From an uncultured Bacteroidales bacterium (lineage in GTDB: Bacteria > Bacteroidota > Bacteroidia > Bacteroidales > VadinHA17), in the NCBI GenBank assembly GCA_963780735.1, contig CAWADB010000012.1, forward strand, positions 69,354-133,353: DNA of 64,000 nt. Direction: 5' to 3'. The notes below the pieces were generated by a model. It searched no databases and was not told the origin of the DNA. It saw nothing but the letters and a program-made list of their open reading frames with translations. Shown piece by piece: positions 20,021-28,995 of the stretch. The position numbers and the translations under genes were made by a program. Position 1 is the first letter of the stretch. The number at the start of each line of letters is the position of its first letter.

Positions 20021-21464
20021 TTATTTTTCGCCTCTTAATGCTTCCACCGGGTTTAATTTCAATGCCTTGCGGGCCGGATAGACTGATGCAAGAATTCCTG
20101 TAAGAATAATCAGCACAGCGGTCGTTATAAAGAACTGTGTATCGATTGAAGGAAACAGGTGTGCGGAATAACCGAATGCCTCCATCCCCTCTGAGTATTT
20201 CACCAGGTTAATGCCCTTTCTTGCCGTCAGAGCTATAACCGCTTCCCCGATACCCATGCCTGCTATCCCGCCCACGAATGAAAGGAAAATTGATTCCAGC
20301 ATAATCATGGAGAACATTTTTCTCCGGTTCATGCCAATGGCGGCAAGCATCCCCAGTTCCCTCGTCCGTTCAAGCACGGCCATGAGCATTGTATTGACAA
20401 TTCCAAATGCCAGCGCTGCGAGAATTAGTCGCCATGAAAATGCCATAGATCTGCTGCATCATGTCTGCTATCATTGCAAGGTCAGGAGATATCTCCTTCC
20501 AGTTAAGAACTTCATAAGCGGGAAGTTTCATCCTTAACTCCCCGGTGGCTTTTTCAGTCAGATCATTGTCTTCGAGCCTGGCAATAAACCTGTGATAGAT
20601 TCCGTCAGGCATCCCGGTCAGTTTTCTCAGCTCATCCATAGGAACAAACAGTGAGGTAGCCTCGAACAGATCATTATTGGTCCTGAATATTCCGCATACG
20701 CGAAAGGCTGCACCGGTCTGCACATTGTTCATGTCAAGAAACGAAAGGATAATTTTAGATCCCTCCCGGTATGACCAGGCTGCCTCCTTTACCTGAAGGC
20801 TGTATTTCTTTATTTCCCGCGGAGAGAGAAGCCCGTCGATAGCCCTGCTGAATTTCTTGTCTGATGTGAAGCGCTGGTCCTTCAGTGGCACCAGCTTTGC
20901 CATGACTTCGGCAGGAACGCCCTTCTCTTCGAGTTGTTTCAGGGCATCGGCAGAGAGGATGTACCTGATGATGTTAAGGTCCTTTGCCAGCTTCTCTCCG
21001 ATAAACACCGGCTTGAATATACTGTTCCCCTGTGTTTCGGGCGCGAAGTAGCTCCCTGTGCCGGGTATGAGTTTTTCAGACAGGGTAAACATCTGTTTCT
21101 CCCTTTCTGTATCAACGCCCGTTATCTCCACCCCGGTGCTTTTTGCGGAAGTTGAAGCAACCCCGTGGACAATTATCCGCCCTGTGATTTCAGTGACACC
21201 GGCAGTACCTGTCAGCGCTGAGGCAATTCCTGCCGAATCCGTCATAAAATTCCGTATATCCCCGCTGCTTCGGAAGTCTTTGTTGTTGACCTGAATATGC
21301 GACAGCTCGTCATTGACAGCAGCATCAATCCGCTGAACAATTGAACTGTTGATAGCCGCCATTGTGAACACCCCGGCAAAGACACCGACTGCAACAGAGG
21401 CAATGACGGTCAGGCTTCTGGTTTTGTTTCGCCAGACATTTTTCCATGCAATTTCTGTTATCAT
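20021..21464 (-). pseudogene. FtsX/MacB-type ABC permease, interrupted by a frameshift
   Basis: ORF 20370-21464 holds TM1 and the periplasmic domain. ORF 20021-20446 holds the FtsX TM2-4 ('AFGIVNTMLMAVLERTRELGMLAAIGM'). They overlap in different frames. An A4 run at 20437-20440 sits in the overlap. Confidence 0.75.
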
Positions 21465-21475
21465 ATCATAAAAGC

Positions 21476-22891
21476 TTAAGCCCTGAGTGCTTCAATAACA
21501 TTTATTCTGAATATTTTACGGATGCTGAACGCTATGGCTATCAGAAGGATTATGAAGACCACTACCGTCTGCCAGAGATAATATGTGTCCGGCAGCATTG
21601 TAGGCATGACCGGATCAAATCCGTAATCCTCATACATGCGTCCGATCTGTCCGGTGAACCTCAGCGGGTGAAGATGACCGTAGATTACCACCGGCAGTGA
21701 GGCAACAATTCCGGCAGCCACCCCGAGGAATCCCACCAGGAGCATTTCAATCGAGATCACTTTTGCCAGTTTCCGTTTCTGCATGCCTATTGACACCAGC
21801 ATGCCGAATTCCCTTCTCCTTTCAGCAAGCATCATAAGCATTGTTCCGAATACTCCGAAGGCAATGACAAGGTAAAGTATCCCGATCATGATGGCACCGC
21901 TCTTATTGTCAGCCTCCATCTGGTTCACAAGAAGGGCGTTCAGCTGCTTCCAGTCCCTGACAACAAGAGGATCAGTGATCAGCCTGCCAAGTCTTTCGCC
22001 TGTGGCAAGGACCATTTTATCGCTGTTGTCCTTTACCCCGATGACGGCCGATGTTGCCATCCCCGGAGCGGCATACAGCTCCCGGGCGGCTTCAATGGTT
22101 ATGTAGACAATGATATTGTCGATATCCGGGGCAGGCAGTTTTACTATGCCGCTGACACGGTACTTGCCGGCTGCTGAGGCTCCGTGATAACCCTGACCTG
22201 TCAGAACCAATGTGTCGCCTACGCTTATTTTAAGATATTCTGACAATCCGGATCCTATGATGGCGCTTGTTGTTTCATCTGCAGTGAAGTAATGGTTCAC
22301 GGAAGATGCGTGTTTCCGTATCAGGGGCAGTACGGTTGCTGTGTCCGTATCACTGATTCCAAGGTCAAGCATCAGTCTTCCCGTGCTTGAGTAGGTTTCC
22401 CCGGTGTATAATTCAAGCATTGTCTTAATCCGGTCCGGAAGGGCTTCAGCTTTCAGGGCATCAACAGCAGCAGGACTGAGTCTGAATCTTACGAGCCTGT
22501 TCCGTAGGTCTGAAACCCTGTCCTCCCCTTCAGGGTCGATACCCATGACCATCACTCCCTGTGTGCGGCTCTCTGCTGCTGCCAGGGCAAAAGATTCAAG
22601 CCGCGGTACCACATCATTTACGTTCGGGTCACTCTTCAGGGTCTCACCAAGGGCATCATCATACTCAAAGCTGTTATCAAGAATGGCATCATCAAAATAA
22701 TCGCTGTGCTGAAGCTGCAGGTACCCGGAATATGCTTCAATAACATTTTTAAAGAGCCTGTCATATGCCCCGAGCTGGAAAGAACGCATGACAAGCGCAA
22801 AAAAGACAGCAAAAAACACAGATGCGGCAGTGATCAGTGTCCTCTTTTTATTGCGCCACAGATTTCTCCAGGCCAGCTGATAATCTTTCAT
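21476..22891 (-). CDS. FtsX/MacB-type ABC permease (intact paralogue)
   Basis: 471 aa. It begins 'AWRNLWRNKKRT', has a large periplasmic domain, and carries 'LAERRREFGMLVSIGM' in the FtsX domain. Confidence 0.87.
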   Translation of the reverse strand: MKDYQLAWRNLWRNKKRTLITAASVFFAVFFALVMRSFQLGAYDRLFKNVIEAYSGYLQLQHSDYFDDAILDNSFEYDDALGETLKSDPNVNDVVPRLESFALAAAESRTQGVMVMGIDPEGEDRVSDLRNRLVRFRLSPAAVDALKAEALPDRIKTMLELYTGETYSSTGRLMLDLGISDTDTATVLPLIRKHASSVNHYFTADETTSAIIGSGLSEYLKISVGDTLVLTGQGYHGASAAGKYRVSGIVKLPAPDIDNIIVYITIEAARELYAAPGMATSAVIGVKDNSDKMVLATGERLGRLITDPLVVRDWKQLNALLVNQMEADNKSGAIMIGILYLVIAFGVFGTMLMMLAERRREFGMLVSIGMQKRKLAKVISIEMLLVGFLGVAAGIVASLPVVIYGHLHPLRFTGQIGRMYEDYGFDPVMPTMLPDTYYLWQTVVVFIILLIAIAFSIRKIFRINVIEALRA

Positions 22892-22918
22892 ATGAACATT
22901 CCTTTCTGTTACCCGGAA

Positions 22919-23692
22919 TCACCTTATGGTTTTCATATTCTGCTGTGAAAAGAAGCTCTCATCAATGTCAATATTGAATTTCATCGCGTCAATGAGGAGA
23001 ATGGTTTTATGTCCTTCATTTTCTGCAGGTACAAGTTCGATGCGGGACGGAAGCACCCGCCCGTCAAAGCTTTTCAGCTCCATGCCGCGTTCAGTTCTGA
23101 CAAGGTACCCGTCTTCATCATACAACTCCGCCCTGAGTACAACAAACTCTTTTTTGTCAACCCACCACATCTGGTGACCCCATATTACCTCTGCGTCCGG
23201 CCTGGCAGTGAGTTTAATCCTGTAGCAGGCGCTGCCGTCAATATCTTCGTCACTCTCAAGTGTGTGGGTATAGTCATTTATTACCGATGACTCATTCAGA
23301 ATATCATCATTGGTGTAGTCGGAACCCATCCATCCCTGTGACATCATTGAGGGAGGCAGCTTGATGAGCCTGTTTATTGCAGGGTTCCAGCTCCACATCT
23401 CACTGCCTCGCTTGAGGAAGGTCTGACCCTTTTCACGGGCGGGAGCGGTAATCAGGGCCAGAGAGTAATCATCGCCAAGCGACCATGATTTGATCTCCAC
23501 CGTTCTTTGCCAGGTGGGACGAACGATGGTCATCGTCATAAGGCTGTAGCCTGATTTCTCCCCGTTGAACTTTTCATCTGCCTTTTTTATTATATCTGTC
23601 GCAGTGAGTTGCTGAGCACCTGCGGATTGGGATACAAACAGCAGCAATAAAGCCTGAAGCGACAGGATAAGCGGCCTTGTGATCTTTTTCAT
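22919..23692 (-). CDS. Outer-membrane lipoprotein-sorting (LolA-like) periplasmic protein
   Basis: 257 aa with a signal peptide. Its size and pattern ('TMTIVRPTWQRTVEIKSWS') match the LolA-like proteins found next to FtsX/ABC genes. This assignment is by recognition only. Confidence 0.6.
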   Translation of the reverse strand: MKKITRPLILSLQALLLLFVSQSAGAQQLTATDIIKKADEKFNGEKSGYSLMTMTIVRPTWQRTVEIKSWSLGDDYSLALITAPAREKGQTFLKRGSEMWSWNPAINRLIKLPPSMMSQGWMGSDYTNDDILNESSVINDYTHTLESDEDIDGSACYRIKLTARPDAEVIWGHQMWWVDKKEFVVLRAELYDEDGYLVRTERGMELKSFDGRVLPSRIELVPAENEGHKTILLIDAMKFNIDIDESFFSQQNMKTIR

Positions 23693-24495
23693 CAGAATCC
23701 CTTAAGCTTTTTAAGTAATTTCTCCCTGGCGGTTGTACCCTCCGATTGTCTCATGATCTCATAGAGCCAGTTACCGTACATGGGGTTCGGAAGGATGATA
23801 TACCGGGTTCCGAACAGCTCTTTGTCAGCTTCGACCGCGGCGAATCCAAGGTCGGGCCCTCTTTTCTCATAGGTGCCGCTGTGGTCGGCCAGGTTATCAC
23901 CGATAAGAAGCAGGATTTCATAATTCTTTTCAATAAGGGCCCTGCGGTCAATTTTTGATGAACTGCCCTGCTTAAGAAGGAGGTGGGTGGTGTCAGCATC
24001 GGGGAATCCGCAGGCCGCGAGATTGGAAATGGTGGGGTTCATCTCGGTGACCTTGCGGTTTGAGACATAAAACACCTCCACCCCCAGCGAGTCCGCATAG
24101 AGGGTGAATTCAACAGCTCCGGGAAGAGGTTCGGCCTGTGCCAGATTAACCCACCGGGTCCAGTCCTGATCAGTGAAAGGCTTGTTTTCCAGCACCTGCC
24201 AGGCCTGATACGGACTGTTGTCAAGCACCGTCTCATCTATGTCAAGCACTACGGCTGCGGGTCTGGTCTTATCAGCCCATGCCAGGTTTTCGGAGAGCGC
24301 ATTTTCAGCGTTCCGGAAACACTGGTAACAGAGTGCTTTCATTTCAGCTGACTGCTGGTACCACAGTGTAGCCAGTATAAGCTGATCCTGCGTCTCAGGA
24401 GACGATACTATCACTTCGGGCGGGGCTGTTCCCTTTCTTACAGGGCTGCAAGCCGCCAGCATTATCAGGCCGGTAACAATAATGAGCTTTTTCAT
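23692..24495 (-). CDS. Class C acid phosphatase / 5'-nucleotidase, lipoprotein e(P4) family (HAD)
   Basis: It has a lipoprotein signal 'LAAC' and the HAD motif I 'VVLDIDETVLDNSPY'. Its stop overlaps the LolA-like start (TGATG). Confidence 0.85.
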   Translation of the reverse strand: MKKLIIVTGLIMLAACSPVRKGTAPPEVIVSSPETQDQLILATLWYQQSAEMKALCYQCFRNAENALSENLAWADKTRPAAVVLDIDETVLDNSPYQAWQVLENKPFTDQDWTRWVNLAQAEPLPGAVEFTLYADSLGVEVFYVSNRKVTEMNPTISNLAACGFPDADTTHLLLKQGSSSKIDRRALIEKNYEILLLIGDNLADHSGTYEKRGPDLGFAAVEADKELFGTRYIILPNPMYGNWLYEIMRQSEGTTAREKLLKKLKGF

Positions 24496-24643
24496 GCGTT
24501 TTTATTCTATTGTAAATAAACTATTTGTCAGAATCAGTTCCTTTTTTTTGTTGTCTCCTAAATAACAAATAATTGCCTGATCCTGACCAAAATATTTGAA
24601 ACATTTTTATCTTTAACAGGTTATACTTAAAAAGTTATCTGCA

Positions 24644-26230
24644 ATGTCAACCTTAAAGCTGATGCTGGGGATGATCCCCTCAACTTCTAAACTGGAACTG
24701 GAAGAAAAGGCACTCATCGCTGAATATGAAAAGATGATCTCCTTTGCCGGTTCTGAAACGCTGGCAAAATACAACGTGCTCCATGAAAGCATTAATTCTG
24801 CCGGTTTCAGACAGAAGAAGAAAGAGCTGGAGTCGCTCACCTATAAGGGTTCTGAAGAATTTTCGAGAGAAACGGAATTTTTCAGCCTAAAGAAGGCAAA
24901 GGATATAGCTCTCTATTTCAAAACCGAAGGAAGTGCTCCGCTCAAGAACTTTACCACTCTGGACGGATCAGCCAAAATAAAAGAGATAGAAGACCTGGAA
25001 AGATTTGTCCAGTCGTCTGAGTTCAAGCAAAAAGAGAGACAAAAGCCAGTCACATTTAAGGATACCGAAGAGTACGGCAAATGGCTCGAATATAAGAAAC
25101 TGCTGAAAGACAAGGAGGTAAGAAAAAACCTTAACGCCGCCAAGGTCAAAATATTTGAGGAGCTGAAAATGTACGTGACATCGTCCGCTTTCCTGGTTAA
25201 GAAAAACATGAAACCTGTCACTTTCAAAGATACTCCCGAGTACCAGAAGCTGCTTGATTACAAGAGCAGGAAAAGCGCCGCTGACGTTGCTTCCTACTAC
25301 AAATTCAAGGCTTCAAAGGATTTAGGCAACTACGTACAGGTAAAGGATTCAGCCCGCCTTAAGAGATATTACGAGCTCGAGGCATACCTGAAGAGCAAGG
25401 CGTTCACGGAAAAGAAAGAGTATCTGCTTGACAAACACCGTTTCGAGAAAACAGATATGTTCAAGGAGCTGAATGAATACAACAGCCTTAAAAACACTGC
25501 CGACATCAAATGGTATTTCGCCGTTAAAGACTCAAACAAGTTTGATATTCTTAAAAATCGCTCGCTAACATTCGGTGATGAGTTTGACGGCAGCGAGCCT
25601 GATAAGAAGAAATGGCTCAACAAATATTACTGGGGTGACAAACTTCTGCACGACAGCTACAGTATTGCCACTGACCTTCACAGTTATACTCCCTCGGACA
25701 ATTTTGAAGTTCGCCACGGCGTCCTGCGCATAATCACGAAGCCGCAGAAGGTAACAGGCAAGGTCTGGGATCAGGAGAGAGGTTTTTACACAAAGGAATT
25801 CCCGTTCACATCCGGTATTCTCAACAGCGGAGCTTCCTTCAGGCAGAAATACGGTATTTTCTCCGCCAAGATCAAGCTGACCGACCCGGCAGTGCGCAAT
25901 GCCTTCTGGCTGATCGGGGACCGTATCACTCCTCATATCGATGTCTGCAGATCGGGCAGCGGAAAGGTATGGTTTGACCTGTTCACCGCTCCGGGAAATC
26001 ACTATAAAAAGAGCATCGGTTCAAGATACCTTTCTGATTTCTTCATCTATACCCTTGAATGGCGTCCTGAGAGCCTGGTATGGAAGATAAACGGCATTGA
26101 GGTGATGAAACAGACAAGCGGTGTGCCGCAGGAGGCGATGTACGTTAACCTGGCCGGCGGCGTTGACAAGCCCATCGGAGGCATTTCCTCGATGGAGATT
26201 GACTGGATAAGGGTATATCAGTTCAAATAA
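24644..26230 (+). CDS. Repeat protein with C-terminal GH16-like / concanavalin-A-like domain
   Basis: 528 aa with no signal peptide. There are about 4 degenerate 55-70 aa repeats (e.g. 'KPVTFKDTEEY' / 'KPVTFKDTPEY'). The C-terminus has 'AFWLIGD', 'YTLEWRPESLVWKINGIEV' and 'MEIDWIRVYQ'. Confidence 0.7.
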   Translation: MSTLKLMLGMIPSTSKLELEEKALIAEYEKMISFAGSETLAKYNVLHESINSAGFRQKKKELESLTYKGSEEFSRETEFFSLKKAKDIALYFKTEGSAPLKNFTTLDGSAKIKEIEDLERFVQSSEFKQKERQKPVTFKDTEEYGKWLEYKKLLKDKEVRKNLNAAKVKIFEELKMYVTSSAFLVKKNMKPVTFKDTPEYQKLLDYKSRKSAADVASYYKFKASKDLGNYVQVKDSARLKRYYELEAYLKSKAFTEKKEYLLDKHRFEKTDMFKELNEYNSLKNTADIKWYFAVKDSNKFDILKNRSLTFGDEFDGSEPDKKKWLNKYYWGDKLLHDSYSIATDLHSYTPSDNFEVRHGVLRIITKPQKVTGKVWDQERGFYTKEFPFTSGILNSGASFRQKYGIFSAKIKLTDPAVRNAFWLIGDRITPHIDVCRSGSGKVWFDLFTAPGNHYKKSIGSRYLSDFFIYTLEWRPESLVWKINGIEVMKQTSGVPQEAMYVNLAGGVDKPIGGISSMEIDWIRVYQFK

Positions 26231-26285
26231 TAAATTCGAAAAATCATGCCATAGCACCGCCCAAACCGGGCGGGGTTACAATAAA

Positions 26286-26323
26286 AGCAGAGGCGCCGGC
26301 TATGGTGTCTCTGCTTTTTTTTT
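26286..26323 (+). terminator. Rho-independent terminator after the GH16-like gene
   Basis: The stem AGCAGAG...CTCTGCT is followed by a run of about 9 T. Confidence 0.7.
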
Positions 26324-26331
26324 ATTGAATC

Positions 26332-26358
26332 TGTAACAAAACATATATTACAGCCGTC
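26332..26358 (+). promoter_or_regulatory. Candidate ECF-type promoter (TGTAAC-N17-CGTC)
   Basis: A '-35' AAC and a '-10' CGT are spaced 17 nt apart, about 22 nt upstream of the ECF sigma start. This fits the autoregulation common for ECF sigmas. Confidence 0.35.
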
Positions 26359-26380
26359 TTTATGTTGTCAGTACGGAGGG

Positions 26381-26866
26381 ATGACAGTAAAAGAGTACAA
26401 TAATGCGGTAAGGGAATTTGGCGACCACGTCTACCGCTTTATATACCGAAGTATAAGGGACAGCCACAGGGCCGGAGATATTGTGCAGGACACCTACGAG
26501 AAACTGTGGCGCTGCGTCACGGAGACGGAGTATACGGTAGTTAAGGCATGGCTCTTCACCACGGCCTATAACAGAATGATTGATGTCATCCGTAAAGAAT
26601 CGAGGCTGGTGGATGTTGAGTTCTATGATGACTCCTCCCTTTATGCAGAAGAGAGCAGTACTGATCTGAATGAGGTGCTCCATCATGCGCTGGAAAGGTT
26701 GCCTGCTGTTCAGCGGTCAGTCATCCTCCTGCGTGATTACGAGGGCTACCACTACAATGAGATAGCTGAAATTACCGGGCTTACAGAGCACCAGGTAAAG
26801 ACGTATATCTTCAGGGGGCGGGTAGCATTGAAAAATTATCTTGTAAAAACATCAGTATGGCAATGA
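26381..26866 (+). CDS. ECF-type RNA polymerase sigma-70 factor
   Basis: 161 aa with region 2 'DIVQDTYEKLW' and the region 4 HTH 'YNEIAEITGLTEHQVKTYIFRGRVALK'. Confidence 0.9.
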   Translation: MTVKEYNNAVREFGDHVYRFIYRSIRDSHRAGDIVQDTYEKLWRCVTETEYTVVKAWLFTTAYNRMIDVIRKESRLVDVEFYDDSSLYAEESSTDLNEVLHHALERLPAVQRSVILLRDYEGYHYNEIAEITGLTEHQVKTYIFRGRVALKNYLVKTSVWQ

Positions 26867-27801
26867 ACGATGATACGGATTATCCGCGCCTGACACCGCC
26901 GGATGACAGGTATCCGTCGCCAGGCGACCTGTTCCGGTCTGCAGGTGATCTGACTGATGACCAGTTTGATCTCCTTGCTGCAGCATGGTCAGAGAACGCC
27001 TTGCCTGAAGACAGTCTTGCCGAAATGGAAGCATTGCTGGCGTCCGATCCCGCGAAAAAAGCTTATGCCGAAAGTTTCGGGCAGCTGCGGCTCAGACCTT
27101 TTGATGATAAGTGGAACGGCCGGCACGCTCTTTTACGGACAACACCAGCCGCCAAAATCATCAGGCGAGTGTGGATAACTACGCTGGCAGCAGCGGCAGT
27201 CATTTTTGCAATTCTGTTTCTCAGGCCGGTAACGGACAAACAGACTTCTTTAACAGCACCGGCCAGTTCTCCTGAAGTTGCCATGGCGCCTGAAGCCATC
27301 GAAACGGTTCCCGCGGCTGTAAAAGAAGTGATGCCGGAACCTGAGCTTTCCGTTAATAAAACATCCCTGGCAGCAGTAAAGATAACATCCGTAACAGCAG
27401 TAAAGGAAGAGCTTCCTGCAACGGAACGGGAACAGCCCGTTAAGACTGCACCCGTGACAGTGAGCGCCAGGGCTGCCAGGCCAGCAATCACTGCCGGAAT
27501 TGAATCCCGTGAACTCCTCGCAGTAAATTTCAGCAAGATCCCCGCAACGACGAATATCCCGGAAAAAGAAGAAAACTGGCTCATAAAAGGTATTGCCGGC
27601 CTCTCGAAAACAATCAAAAAGGAAAAAACACCTGTTGACGGATATGTCATTGCCAAATCGTGTATTAAAGGCATCAACAGTGTATTCGGTTCGGATATGG
27701 AACTTGAAAAAATCGTCAGTGCCGCGGGAGACACCGTCGCTGTCAGCTTTAACTCATCCCTGCTTTCATTTTCTGCACCCGTAAGAAAAAGTTCCCAATA
27801 A
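26857..27801 (+). CDS. Putative membrane anti-sigma factor
   Basis: It overlaps the sigma gene by 10 nt. A single TM segment ('VWITTLAAAAVIFAILFL') follows an acidic cytoplasmic N-terminus, and the exterior part is low-complexity and rich in A, P and T. Confidence 0.55.
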   Translation: MAMNDDTDYPRLTPPDDRYPSPGDLFRSAGDLTDDQFDLLAAAWSENALPEDSLAEMEALLASDPAKKAYAESFGQLRLRPFDDKWNGRHALLRTTPAAKIIRRVWITTLAAAAVIFAILFLRPVTDKQTSLTAPASSPEVAMAPEAIETVPAAVKEVMPEPELSVNKTSLAAVKITSVTAVKEELPATEREQPVKTAPVTVSARAARPAITAGIESRELLAVNFSKIPATTNIPEKEENWLIKGIAGLSKTIKKEKTPVDGYVIAKSCIKGINSVFGSDMELEKIVSAAGDTVAVSFNSSLLSFSAPVRKSSQ

Positions 27802-27858
27802 CTGTAACTTTGAAGCCGGTTAATTCGTCCTTGCAATAAACATAAATAACATTAAGCC

Positions 27859-28872
27859 ATGAAAAGAGTAGCAATAACACTGATTATTATTTTATCCTTC
27901 GTCCTGCCTTCAAAAGCCCAGGAAAAACAGGAAAAGCTTAAGGAACTTGAAGAGATGGAACAGAAAGCGGAGGTGACAGCCGCCGGTGACACTCTGATAA
28001 TTATTGAACAGGACACCCTGGCCGCTGAAGATGTAGAAATAATTATTGAAGATGAAGATGCCTATAAGGAGGAAGAGGATTATGATGATGACAAATCAAC
28101 CGTAACTGTCGGAGGTGTTACCGTTGAGGAGAGTGATGATGAGACTGTTATCAGAATCGGGAAGAAGGGCATCAGAATTTCTGAAGATGACAATGACACA
28201 TCAGTCACCTTTGAAGAGTATGATGATGATACAAAATCTTCATTCAGAGGTCATGTCGGAGGCTTTGAACTGGGGTTTTGCGGTTACTTCACAGAGCCAT
28301 TCAGCACCTCTCTGGAACCATCGGAAAACTACATGAACCTCAACACTGCGAAGTCAATGAATTTTAACTTCCTGCTGCCCAATATCAACCTGGGGTTCAG
28401 CCGCCACTTCGGGATAGCTGCTACAGTCGGCCTGAGCTGGAGTGACTACCATTTTGACGGTGATAACTCAATAGCCGAGGATGACAACGGAAATATAATG
28501 CCCGTGTATCCCCCCGAAGACGTCAGCTATGAAAAAACCAAGCTTTCAACAACTTATGCCACCATGCCGATACTTCTTGAAGGACAGATCCCTGTCTCAA
28601 ATCACGGTACAATAAATATCGGCGCAGGGTTTATAGGAGCAATCAAGCTGCACTCCCATACCAAGGTGGTCTATTATGACAACGACAAGATGAAGATAAA
28701 AAACAAGGATGATTTCAGTCTTAATCTCCTGAGATACGGAGTTACTGCACGACTCGGATATGAGATGTTCCAGGCTTACGGCACATACTATCTTTCAAAA
28801 ATGTTTGAAGAAGGGAAAGGTCCCGAGCTGTTCCCCTTCGAGGTCGGCATAGCCCTGACATTCAACAACTGA
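27859..28872 (+). CDS. Outer-membrane beta-barrel protein with a highly acidic N-terminal extension
   Basis: Signal peptide, then about 110 aa rich in D and E, then alternating beta-strand patterns ending '...FEVGIALTFNN'. Confidence 0.6.
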   Translation: MKRVAITLIIILSFVLPSKAQEKQEKLKELEEMEQKAEVTAAGDTLIIIEQDTLAAEDVEIIIEDEDAYKEEEDYDDDKSTVTVGGVTVEESDDETVIRIGKKGIRISEDDNDTSVTFEEYDDDTKSSFRGHVGGFELGFCGYFTEPFSTSLEPSENYMNLNTAKSMNFNFLLPNINLGFSRHFGIAATVGLSWSDYHFDGDNSIAEDDNGNIMPVYPPEDVSYEKTKLSTTYATMPILLEGQIPVSNHGTINIGAGFIGAIKLHSHTKVVYYDNDKMKIKNKDDFSLNLLRYGVTARLGYEMFQAYGTYYLSKMFEEGKGPELFPFEVGIALTFNN

Positions 28873-28894
28873 TATACGCAGTGATACGTTATAA

Positions 28895-28929
28895 GGGCCG
28901 CACAGAACAGGTGCGGCCTTTTGTTTTTT
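28895..28929 (+). terminator. Rho-independent terminator after the OMP gene
   Basis: GGCCGCAC-agaacag-GTGCGGCC followed by TTTTGTTTTTT. Confidence 0.72.
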
Positions 28930-28995
28930 ATATATCTTTGGCGCATCACCGGAGAACACCGGCCCGTTAGTTTTCAATTTCTGAAAAACAGACAG

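Noticed and set aside
19022-20446. Programmed ribosomal frameshifting or phase variation as the explanation for the two frameshifts in the ABC/OMP operon
   Set aside because: There is no slippery heptamer with a downstream structure, and the homopolymers are only 4 nt, too short for efficient slipped-strand phase variation. Sequencing error or simple mutation is more parsimonious.
26257-26273. GC-rich hairpin CCGCCC-aaacc-GGGCGG after the GH16-like gene, considered as a second terminator
   Set aside because: No T-tract follows it. The real terminator (with a T9 run) is 13 nt further downstream. The hairpin may add stability, but I cannot support it as a separate feature.
27063-27836. 257-aa ORF on the minus strand, antisense to the anti-sigma gene
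   Set aside because: The plus-strand ORF overlaps the ECF sigma stop, as anti-sigma genes typically do, and has an N-in, single-TM architecture. The antisense ORF is low-complexity (rich in S, A and T), has no recognisable motif, and is best explained by the biased composition of the sense gene.
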